Assembly: GCA_002633005.1 (NCBI GenBank)
Contig: NMRA01000043.1
Span: 1,134,689 to 1,198,688 of the forward strand
Origin: Phoronis australis
Taxonomy: Eukaryota; Animalia; Phoronida
Length of the DNA stretch: 64,000 nucleotides
Direction of reading: 5' to 3'
Part shown: piece after piece, positions 25,671 through 37,100 of the stretch
Numbering within the stretch: the first letter of the stretch is position 1
How the letters are laid out: the number at the start of each line of letters is the position of its first letter
Program-made: the position numbers and the translations under genes
Notes under the pieces: generated by a model
The model's input: only the letters and a program-made list of their open reading frames with translations
What the model was told of the DNA's origin: nothing
Databases searched by the model: none

Positions 25671-28600
25671 CTGTTTAAAACACGTTACAATGCCGCCACT
25701 TTTTTAAACTATTCGCTCGCCCTTCTCAAAGGCGATATTTTGCTTTTGCTTTGGAAAAATCTGTCAACCTGCCGGCAAATCAATGCGTGCTTTTACTTCC
25801 TTCCATCACAATGCTTTAAGAAATTGTCATTCGTAACTAAGGTGGTAGACAGAACCTGTCGGTATCAGAAACATTGGTTTTGCTCCTTTTGTGCGGAGCA
25901 GGTCAATTACTGCATTAGCGATGACTCCAAGGCAATAAAACACTGGGTGAAATAAACTAAACTATCGTGGACTAAAACTGGTGTTTTTTCTATCAAATTG
26001 GCTTCCGAAATTGAATTCTCTATTAAAAATTGTGTTTGTGTAGTTTGTTCCCGAGAAATACGATAAATATTATCCAAATACGACAGTCATTGTTGTGCTT
26101 ACCAAGGGAAGTGTGTTTGCTGTAATGCCGGATACGCAATTGATTTATGACCTGTGAACGTCAACAAAAGATTGCAAGAATGCTTTAACAATAAAAAAAA
26201 CTTGTTACCTGATCCTGGAAACTCCTTTCGTGTGGAGTTGAAACTGTACGGTGTGCATTAATGATTATAGCATAAAACTACCCATATTAAAAACATGTAA
26301 AGCATATAGGGACACATCTATAAGTTCGACCTGGCACATTTGATAGAATTTCATTCACTCAATCTGAGAAAGAAGGACTCGCACAGAGACGCCTCAGTGA
26401 CAGGTTGAAAGAACATCACACCTCAGAGAAAAGTAACATATATAGGCATTGTATTAGCTACAATCACCAAGCCAACTCTGTTAGTATTATCTGCAGAGAA
26501 CCTAATGAGGAGTTAATGTACATTGAAAAGTCATTAGCCATTCAGAATCAGCATGCCACTGATTCACTGAATAACATGCAGAGCTCAGTGACCCTGCAAC
26601 TATGGTGATGACCAGCTACTGACTATATTCTATGTATCTCTCACTTCACTCTATGGATGTTACCTGAGCTGTATGTTGGCACTTGTTGTCCTAAATTGTT
26701 GTAAATATGATCCTGATGATGTCTAATGAAAAGACGCAACGTTGAATTGAACATGAACTTTTTTATTTGTGCAGCGATCGTCCGTTTGTTTTATCTTGCG
26801 TTTGTTCTTAACTTTACGGACTACTCTTGTTTGAAAGGCAATGAACACTTGGCTTTGGTGGAGATTTCTGACGTCAGACCATAATTAATTTGCAGGAAAT
26901 TAGCTATCGGCAACTGCCTGTTTTCGCGGTAATCCTACGTTAGTGATTCTTTGGTTTTAAACAAGGTTACTTTACAAACCCAAAGTTTGAATACTGAAAT
27001 TAAATTATGTAATGGACACTCAATTAGCTTTCGTGGGCGGGCTAAAACAGAGTTTCGGAATTGTTTCAGTACTGCATATGAAAAATCCGGATGAGTACGA
27101 ATGTCGTCTGCCATGAACGTCAAAAAGTAACCTTAATGGGTTTCAACATTTTTGTTTGCAAATCACCACTCGAAGGCAGTTTAACATAATAAAGTGAAAG
27201 AAGGTATTCAAAAATTTGTTTGGTGCTGATTTTGTTAAGTTTCATGAAAATTAATTTAAGAAAGTTTTGGGCAAACCAATTTTTATGGCCCAACTTTTAT
27301 ATTTTATTATGTAGCCTAGTGAGTGACGTCAGTGGTGATCGAGGAACAGATAAACTAAAGTGTCTGGTTTATATTTGCCGGTTTTGCGCCAGCATGACAA
27401 GAAACTGTAGGNTGTTTAAAACACGTTACAATGCCGCCACTTTTTTAAACTATTCGCTCGCCCTTCTCAAAGGCGATATTTTGCTTTTGCTTTGGAAAAA
27501 TCTGTCAACCTGCCGGCAAATCAATGCGTGCTTTTACTTCCTTCCATCACAATGCTTTAAGAAATTGTCATTCGTAACTAAGGTGGTAGACAGAACCTGT
27601 CGGTATCAGAAACATTGGTTTTGCTCCTTTTGTGCGGAGCAGGTCAATTACTGCATTAGCGATGACTCCAAGGCAATAAAACACTGGGTGAAATAAACCA
27701 AACTATCGTGGACTAAAACTGGTGTTTTTTGTATCAAATTGGCTTCCGAAATTGAATTCTCTATGAAAAATTGTGTTTGTGTCGTTTGTTCCCGAGAAGT
27801 ACGATAAATATTATCCAAATACGACAGTCATTGTTGTGCTTACCAAGGGAAGTGTGTTTACTGTAATGCCGGATACGCAATTGATTTATGACCTGTGAAC
27901 GTCAACAAAAGATTGCAAGAATGCTTTAACAATAAAAAAAAAACTTGTTACCTGATCCTGGAAACTCCTTTCGTGTGGAGTTGAAACTGTACGGTGTGAT
28001 TATAGCATAAAACTACCCATATTAAAAACATGTAAAGCATATAGGGACACATCTATAAGTTCGACCTGGCACATTTGATAGAATTTCATTCACTCAATCT
28101 GAGAAAGAAGGACTCGCACAGAGACGCCTCTGTGACAGGTTGAAAGAACATCCCACCTCAGAGAAAAGTAACATATATAGGCATTGTATTAGCTACAATC
28201 ACCAAGCCAACTCTGTTAGTATTATCTGCAGAGAACCTAATGAGGAGTTAATGTACATTGAAAAGTCATTGACCATTCAGAATCAGCATGCCACTGATTC
28301 TCTGAATAACATGCAGAGCTCAGTGACCCTGCAACTATGGTGATGACCAGCTACTGACTATAGTCTATGTATCTCTCACTTCACTCTATGGATGTTACCT
28401 GAGCTGTATGTTGGCACTTGTTGTCCTAAATTGTTGTAAATATGATCCTGATGATGTCTAATGAAAAGAAGAAACGTTGAATTGAACATGAACTTTTTAT
28501 TTGTGCAGCGATCGTCCGTTTGTTTTATCTTGCGTTTGTTCTTGACTTAACGGACTACTCTTGTTTGAAGGGCAATGAACACTTGGCTTTGGTGGAGATT

Positions 28601-29130
28601 TCTGACGTCAGACCATAATTTATTTGCAGGAAATTAGCTATCGGCAACTGCCTGTTTTCGCGGTAATCCTACGTTAGTGATTCTTTAGTTTTAAACAAGG
28701 TTACTTTACAAACCCAGAGTTTGAATACTGAAATTAAATTATGTAATGGACACTCAATTAGCTTTCGTGGGCGGGCTAAAACAGAGTTTCGGACTTGTTT
28801 CAGTACTGTATATGAAAAATCCGGATGAGTACGAATGTAGTCTGCCATGAACGTCAAAAAGTAACCTTAATGGGTTTCAACATTTCTGTTTGCAAATCAC
28901 CACTCGAAGGCAGTTTAACATAATAAAGTGAAAGAAGGTATTCAAAAATTTGTTTGGTGCTGATTTTGTTAAGTTTCATGAAAATTAATTTAAGAAAGTT
29001 TTGGGCAAACCAATTTTTATGGCCCAACTTTTATATTTTATTATGTAGCCTATTGAGTGACGTCAGTGGTGATCGAGGAACAGATAAACTAAAGTGTCTG
29101 GTTTATATTTGCCGGTTTTGCACCAGCATG
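25671..29130. repeat. ~1.74-kb near-identical tandem duplication (25671-27410 / 27413-29130)
   Basis: Near-identical ORF pairs; junction is a single n at 27412. Confidence 0.9.
26380..26790 (+). mobile_element. Penelope-like element 3' end (GIY-YIG C-terminus plus pLTR); copy at ~28115-28520
   Basis: TQRRLSDRLKEH...SNIYRHC...H...IICRE...IEKSLAIQ...SLN...LQLW*; downstream CTGATGA-GTCT..AGAC-G(C)AAC hammerhead-like motif. Confidence 0.75.
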
Positions 29131-29254
29131 ACTATTTGACTTTTTTAAAGTATTATAACGAAAGAATACTTCTTGCTAAGCAATTGAAAGAAGCTCCTGA
29201 GCACCAGTTTTCATGAAACACCTGCTAGTATAGAAAAGTTGAGAACATTGCAAG

Positions 29255-30050
29255 GGAGAGACACAGACCCTAACGGTTCTAAAGATGTGTGCCTTGGGGG
29301 AGGGGGTTCCTCTTTGATTGAATTTTTTGTTTATTTGCGTAACTCTTTTTAGGGCTTTCTCCATAAAATAAGTCAAAATCCTTATCTTAAAATGCCAATG
29401 GGGCTTANGTATTTTGAATATTGCAATGCATGTGTTCCAAAATCTAAATAACTTGGGTCCTATATTTTTGTATTAGTGCGCGCCGAATGAAAGTAATCGT
29501 GAGTGTTGCTGTGTTGCAAAATCTCTTATCCTGGGCCGATTTGAAAAATTCAAAGTTGTACTCATATTTGTTTTCGCTCCTCTTTTCAAATATTACAGTA
29601 AAAACTACGTAAAACTCTCTCCATAAAAAGTACAGTCTGCTAGCTAGATTGTAATCAGCTGATCATATCCGCATGAGCGAAGCCAATTATCCTCGCTCGT
29701 GACTCGATGACTAGAGCAGCTTGGCGGCATCTCTTTGATCGTGAGCCTAGCGCGACTCAGCCAAGGTAGATAAATACGGTCTAGTTCAATTTTCTATACC
29801 CCACCGTTTACCTTAACCACTGGGGTTAGAACCAATCTTATTTAGTGGGAATGTTCATAGCATGCTTTTTTAAGTATTATAACGAAAGACTACTGCACGG
29901 GTGAGACACAGACCCTAACGGTTCTAAAATGTGTGGCTTGGGGGGAGGGGGTTCCTCTTTGATTGAATTTTTTGTTTATTTGCGTAACTCTTTTTAGGGC
30001 TTTCTCCATAAAATAAGTCAAAATCCTTATCTTAAAATGCCAATGGGGCT
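29255..30050. repeat. ~150-bp direct duplication (29255-29405 / 29900-30050)
   Basis: GAGACACAGACCCTAACGGTTCT...AATGCCAATGGGGCT twice; first copy ends at n 29408. Confidence 0.8.
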
Positions 30051-32194
30051 CTAGTATCAGGAAATACTTAGTAAATAAAATCTTATTTTCGATACCCTTT
30101 CGTTATTTTCTTTTCGCCTTTCGTGCCACAAGCGTTTTTTTACCTGTATTTGACCCTTCTCTGTGAGCAGATAATTACCGGTTGTCATCGGTTACTTCCG
30201 TACCCACATCTCTGGCTCGTCAGTTCAGGAACTTGTCCTGAATGCCGCCATTTTTCCTTGTAACTGAATGTGCTATCACTTGCTCGAAAAGTCTTCATTA
30301 TTTTGTTTTAGTAATATCTCGCCATTCGTTTGTATATATAGTGTTTTTATAGTTCGTAGTGAGTGGTCGTTAATTTTTTTGGAATGTTACGCGTACTTTT
30401 GATTATTATGTTAAAATAGCTTTGGCGTTTAGTTCCTGTTATGTAGGACGGTCGAACCTAGGGACGATATGAGTCGAACCAATTTTTTTGGTTTTAATTT
30501 TTTTTCGTTTTGAAAAAATACTTTGCTATCATCGGAAATATAATGCATCCTACTCAGTAAAAATCGAAAAGTATCAAAATTGGGGCAAGCAATGCAAAGT
30601 TATTGAAATTTTTGTGTCGAAATTTGGGATCACTTTGTTTGGATCGGGTCAGTTTTCACCAAACTTCAGCCTCGCAGTTGTTACTTATAAATGTGCTCTC
30701 AATCCCCGTTCTGGCTGCACCGAAAACATGGCGACTTTTGCTGAACTGAAAGGCATTTCAATCGGTTACTTTGTAATTTTTGAAGATTTAACGCTGACAC
30801 ATTTTGACAAACGTTGCTACAAAAAAGGAACTTTGTTCAATTTTCGTGTTTTTGTGCAAAAATATATGGCATATTAGAATTGTTTTCCTATAACTTTCCC
30901 ATTCAGGTGATCTTACACCAAGTTAAAAAAATAGTTGAAATAATTTTGAAATGGTTTTTTATTTGACTGCTAACTGCTGTTCAAGGCTTGATTAGGTGTC
31001 ACAAAATGAATCATATTTTTCAGAATTTTAAGACTAAATTGCTTTGAAGTCATGTTTTGTAACTTGTTGCTTTCTTTACTCAGGTAATCAAGTCAACAAT
31101 ATGAAGAATCTTAACTAGAGAAATAGGCTATGTTGGATTGTGAAGCTTCAATCATGCTTGTCAAATTTTGGTGTAAGGATAACACTATTCGGTCACCATG
31201 GTAATAGTTACAGGCATGTCCACTTTCATATCATGAAAACTTGTGCTGCTGGATAGTGTTTTTAATGCTTAAATGTTAAGTACTGTGGTACTGTGCATTT
31301 TAAGTTACTTATGGTGAAAGGCTGAATCATTTTGGCTTACATAGCGCTTCTATACTGAGATTATTTCAGTTTTGACTTATGTATAGTAGATATAAATGTC
31401 AACTGCCTTAAAAGACTTTAAGTAGTAATACACTTTATTCACGATAAGACAAAAATACAATTAATACAAATTAATGCTTATGGAAACTCGGTGAAGGAAC
31501 TGAAACCAAATATAGAGCTCCGACTGAAAGCACTTGATTTTGATTTGAACTGTGGAACACCTAAAGGATTAAATCATTATCGTTCACTGATTTCTTCTTT
31601 CATTTCAATGATTGAGCGACCAAAGCATGATATGATTAGCTTGCCATGTATAATATGTTCACTAGCATCTTCAGGCAACATTTCTTGATGCCTTAGGTTT
31701 ACTATTATTCCAATAGATTGATACATAAATTTTAAAAACATCATATATTTGAAAACCAAGTTCACTGGAAGTTTTTCATTTCATGGATTCTTGCAATTCT
31801 GTCACTCAAGTTACAATTATCACTATGCTTCAGTTGTAAGGTCACTTCCTTCGTACTCACTGCTTAATAAGTAAAAAAATGATAACATTTCGTATTGGAC
31901 TTGTCATACTTATATGCTCGAACGAGCCCCCTATTTGGAGAAATGGAAAAAGGTCTGTCTCGGGCAGAGAACCAAGAACTCCGAAAACTAGAAAACGAGA
32001 CAAAAGTTCACTACAAGGCAGGAAGTATCAAAATTTGGCGTCTGCAATTCATAGCTCAGAACACACTCTGTGAATCTTATAGTAAAAGGTACACATTCTC
32101 AAAAATTCTCTTAGTCTTCGCACTGAATTGTCTGTTGAGCAAATTCACCAGCTACTGGGTTTTTGCCTTAATACTACCTATTTTTATGCAACAA

Positions 32195-33300
32195 CAGATT
32201 CTACCAGCAATGCCATGGAGCTGCTATGGGATATCGTGTGTATCCGACGTATACATGGAGGAGTTTGAACAGACAGTCTTGGCGTCGGCACCCAGACCCC
32301 CACCCATCTGGCTCAGTTACGTGAACGACACTTTTGTCATGCTCCCGGAAAATGACATCTCCACCTTCACTGGTCACATCAACAGTATTGACAACTGTAT
32401 TCAATTCACCATGGAGACAGAAACCAACAGAGCCTTACCTTTCTTGGATATATGTGTACACGTAGTTGATAATGGTTCCATCAAAGTCAAAGTCTACAGG
32501 AAACCGACACATACAGACCAATACCTCCAGTTCTCATCCAACCACCCTTTAAAGCACAAACATTCTGTCGTTTGTACCCACCTGGATAGAGCTGATCGTT
32601 ACATCACTGACTACCGATACTATGTCGAAGAGGTTGACCATGTTGAAGATGCCTTGCGAGCTAATGGATACCAGGAATGGATGTTCACAGACCCCCCTAG
32701 TCGTAAATCTTCGGAAAGAAACGATGGTCCCTCCGTTGCCATCCCATACATAAGAGGAGTGTCTGAAAGCCTACAACACACTTACAGAACACACGGAATT
32801 TCTTCATACATGAAACCTATATACACCCTCCATTCCGTACTAGTCAGAAGCAATGACCAAACCCCGATGGCTAAACAATGTGGGGTCATATACCAGCTGA
32901 AATGTGACCAGGATCGCAATCACTCCTACATTGGAGAAACAAAGAGACCGTTCCTTACCAGATTCAAAGAACATCAGAAACTAAACAGACCAACAGCTGT
33001 GGGGGAACACATATTGGCGACTGGGCATTCCATCTCTCTTGCGTCATCCAAAGAACAAAATTGGTGTGTTCGCAAGCTCAAAGAGTCCATAAACATCAGC
33101 AGTCACCGCCCCCTCTTGAACCGGGACCGAGATCTCCACTTACCCCCGTGTGTTCCAACATTCTTAACCTCATTCATTGACAAAGACCTGGCGGACAAGG
33201 TCGAAACCTCTGCAAACAACCTACAGTACCACGTCTCTAAGTAAGTGATCATCTTATACTACAATGCCTCTAGAGACCAATGACGAACCTACTCTCCAAT
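32195..33300 (+). mobile_element. 5'-truncated Penelope-like retroelement (RT C-terminal part plus GIY-YIG endonuclease)
   Basis: FYQQCHGAAMG (frameshifted), WLSYVNDTF (YVDD mutated), FTMETE..LPFLD, VYRKPTHTDQYL..SNHP, GVIYQLKC...YIGETKR..RFKEH. Confidence 0.9.
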
Positions 33301-33867
33301 CTTTGGAGTTAGCCAAGACGTCCTTAAAAGGCGTTTTCGGCCATAGGTCACAGCAGTGCACGAATCATTAGGAGGTAGATAGCCTAGTTTGGTTGTTCAA
33401 ATCCTTTCATGATTGAGAAGAATGGGCAGCTGGGCATCTGTAAAGTCGGTCAAAGAAAGGAGTGTATTTTGGGTGAAGAACATGCTTTAAAGGACGAAGT
33501 TTATTTCATTTTTGTTCAATGTCAAAATGAACATGATCTGGGGGAGCTTGTACTGCGTATGATTGAGTTTGGCAAACACAAACCTTGAACTGAACAGCTG
33601 TTAGTAAGACACGTAGTCCTGGCGACAAGAATTCCACTGCCAAACCTATTCCTTGTGATGTAAATTTAACTTGAATAGCAAAAAAAAAATATGTAGAGAA
33701 CACTTTGAAAACTGACATGTACTTCTTGTAAAATATACGGGGAGTCAAATTGACCTACAATGTGTGTCACGAAGCTCATCTCCTTCGGCCAGTCTAATTT
33801 GTCTTTCAGTAGAAGAATGGGCACCTGCACCTGTGCAAAAGTGGTCATCTGCTGCCAAAGAGTGTCC

Positions 33868-34110
33868 TTAAGTGGTCCACGATTTGTCTCCGTACTGAAC
33901 TCTGACCCCCTCCCCTAGTAGTTTAAGGGTTATCTTGCGCATCGCGTGTTCCACGGCGCCGCCTTTACCTTTATAACCCTTTGCCTGAGCGGTGACGCCA
34001 GAGCATATCGCCAAACCATCCCAAACTAATTTAAACTTTCTTATTCTCCAATCGACTTTTATGTCGCACACCATTGGGTTTCCTTGGTTAGGTCCTGGGA
34101 TGATGGTTAA
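33868..34110 (-). CDS. Terminal exon: anti-lipopolysaccharide-factor-like domain
   Basis: Strong acceptor ctttttctttttgattacag; Cys(34068)-x20-Cys(34005) basic/hydrophobic hairpin and GAVEH (33960-33946), as in horseshoe-crab ALF. Confidence 0.8.
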   Translation of the reverse strand, partial: LTIIPGPNQGNPMVCDIKVDWRIRKFKLVWDGLAICSGVTAQAKGYKGKGGAVEHAMRKITLKLLGEGVRVQYGDKSWTT

Positions 34111-37100
34111 CTGTAATCAAAAAGAAAAAGTTCAGAAACCTTCCCATTTTATACGTAATTTTTTACCGTCATTTAACCAGAAGTGGAATTTTAATGACGT
34201 TATCCAGCAAGAACAAGCATTCGCTCTAAACTACAATTTTTAGTAACATAGTTTATACCGTCTTTAGTTGCCGGCAAAAATCACAAGATTTTCTCAAGCG
34301 ACTGCGCTGCGTGGTGTTCCAGTGAAAGCATATGCACGAGTGCCTTTTTGCACGTAGAAATATTCTTAATCTACAGGTATGCGAGGTTTTGCTTCATGTA
34401 CGCGCACGTTTGCTTAATCTGCGTGTAATTTTGCCTAATCGACGTGTACTTTTGCTAAATCTACGCGTATTTTTGCCTAATTTGCACGTCGTGATTTTGC
34501 TTAATCTAGGCGTATTTTAATTCTTAAACGATCATTGTTCTGTTCTTAATCCATTAAGTTGATAGCACGGACGTGATTGGACTATATGAACTGGTTAAAC
34601 GTACGCGTAGATAAGCAAAATACGCGTAAATTTAGCACCTTTCTACGAGCAGAAAGATACATGTTTAAGAACCCCTTGGCGCTTCATAGAAGCGGGCTGA
34701 GACCGAGTCATTTACTGGATTTCCGTCTCTAAATAGCTTGTGTGGTAGAGTGCATAAGACATCTAAAACGCACCTTTTCTGTTGGACCAGATGAAATACC
34801 CATCGTAACAGTGACGTCAGTGAGCTTCTCAAGCTTTTCTACAGGTGGCGATGAGGTACTTCCTGTAGAACACACCAAGAGGTTAAAAGCTATTTATTGC
34901 CGGCATTGAGGTAACTACATGAACTTGAATTCATACGTCGTAAAAAAGAAAGCAAGCTTAGGAAGTTCATGTTTTCAAACGTAAACGAATTTAAATATTC
35001 ATCAGATAACTTTTGGTTAAAGCATCAGATTTGTCTTCAAATGTATTGAGTCCACATGCTGAGACAAGGAAACCACAAGCACCCGACGAGAAAGTTCGTA
35101 AAAAGCTCGTCAATTTGTAAAACCTTCATTTTAAAGCTCGATATCTGAACCAAGAAATTTCGACGAGGCAGGACTGACTTGTCCATTACTACCGACAATT
35201 ATAATCTCAGTGAAATCGTTTTCCAGGCTATGTTACTCGAAGGGAAATAAAGCCTCTCTTTGGAACATCGTTTATTACTGGGCGATCATCGGCTCTTGCA
35301 CACTCTAAGCAGGTTATATGCACTACCATATTGCACGTTACAAATTGCTGCCAGTCTACATGTACCTTGTATCAGAGATCGCGTCTCGGCTGTGGAATCA
35401 ATCTCCGTCCCGCTTCCATGTATTCCTGCAAATTTCCATTCTCTCATTAGACATTCTTCCTAATCTCAACACCAGATGTTCATTACAGCACAGAAATTTG
35501 AGGAGCTTGTTTAGACTTTTTCATTCTTAATTAAATACCAAACGAGTTCAGTGAACTTCGTGAATTTTGAGTTTAAAGGGATCTCTATCAGTTTGTGACT
35601 TTACTGGCGTAAGGAAATTCCTACACCAAATTAAAATTTGTAATCCACACTAGAGGAATCTAAAGCTCATTGCGTGACCGGTGGACAATGAATTATCGGT
35701 AGACTTGTCGAGAGCTCTTTAATTTCTCACCTGACGTGCTGTAAAGAAGCCAACCAATCAAGGGAATCACAAGTGACCACATTGCACGAGGAAAATTCTG
35801 GGGCAATTTCTGAAGCAATCGCCTCCGAAACGTGATGACACTTGCGTCGCCTGAAATAGACGCGGTGCGTATGTACGTGTAGATCGGCATTTCCTCAATG
35901 TTTTTGAAAATGTTTTGAATTTCGCTTCTGAAATTCCTGGTCATACAAATTGTGAACACAAACCGATAAGAGATTAATTGCACTGGTGCAAAGCGAAAAC
36001 AAGGCGTGGAGGGAATGAACGGATTGTGAACATTAACCATAAGATTAATGTCCTGTTATTAAGATGAATATTTATGTTATGTTCGAACCCACGTATAATA
36101 ATATAATCTTCACATACTCGCTGACTGAGTTGTACAATTGTTAAGTAACAAAACGAGCCACGTGGTCACATGTTTACCACTGAAATGGCCACTCCATTGG
36201 TCTTAACATCCTTTCTAAAGTAGAATTGGCCAATTTACACTTACCTCTAGTCTATTTATAGTGGAATAACGTTTCTATCTGTCATTTCTCAGGAGATACA
36301 AACTTCTTAAAAGAACAAGCACGGGAGTATGGCACACTCATAGCGGTCGATGATGAGCAAGCTGGGATTGCCTTAAGGCTGTCAGTGCAATGCTATAACC
36401 ACTACACCACCGAGTCATACATTAACTTAGAGGGAAATTTGTTATAGATACACCTTCTTTGGGAGTGGTAAGCAGGCTTTATTTGCCTGCTTGCAGGGTG
36501 ACTGAATACATTGTGTTTAGCGATCTTCCTTATGGCTTAGCATGTTTCAAGGTCAAGTATCCGGATACTTTCCCACTGGCTGTTCACATGTGATCTGGTA
36601 CATCTTCAGAGACCCTGGTCTCTTGTTTAGCATTTTACCACAACCACATGGGATTCTTAAAGTAATATAAGTGACGCTCTTCTTTTTTTCCATGTCTGTT
36701 TCTGATTTGACATTGACCAGCTGTCTACCCAAGTTGTCTGAGCTACGATATACAGTTCTTATATTGAATTCCTTGCATATACGTCGCAGTTTTTCAGAAT
36801 TCCAGATATGTATGTGAGACACATAGCTTGTGTGGTGTATTCTTCTACCCTGTGCCTCTTCTCTGTTATGATGTTTCTGATCCCACGAATTCTTTGATTA
36901 ACCCCTTATGTTGAATGATTATACCGGGGGTCCATCTCAGATTGGAGTGTTGGGTTACACAATTCCTTTTTTCTTGATGCCAGACACTTGATAACACCTA
37001 TCTTAACTCCTTTGATGGGAGCGGAATTGTAGTCAAGGTACCGTCCAGTTTGAGTCATGTTTAGTACACCAATGCATTTAACTGCTCTCCATTTCCAGCC

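Noticed and set aside
1-30267. 30-kb giant transposon bounded by the inverted 1-280 / 30020-30267 repeats
   Set aside because: Copies are too diverged, the left end is cut by the window, no TSD; more likely independent copies
31895-33244. 449-aa ORF as an intact gene
   Set aside because: Chance fusion: Penelope homology starts near 32195 with a frameshift and YVDD is mutated; the first ~100 aa are unrelated
33666-33848. ORF VPILLLKDKLDWPKEMSFVTHI resembling the end of a TIR domain
   Set aside because: Lies just past the DED-ALF stop in the presumed 3' UTR (AATAAA candidate at 33505-33500); no remaining TIR sequence found
33900-34040. dsRNA-binding-motif interpretation of the terminal exon
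   Set aside because: Cys-x20-Cys spacing and GAVEH fit ALF better
34345-34640. CRISPR-like array (also 8030-9120)
   Set aside because: Eukaryotic context, degenerate contiguous units, no unique spacers or cas genes
35730-36290. Extra exons in intron 3 (8-nt microexon at ~35730; donor at ~36245)
   Set aside because: Would shift the frame or introduce stops
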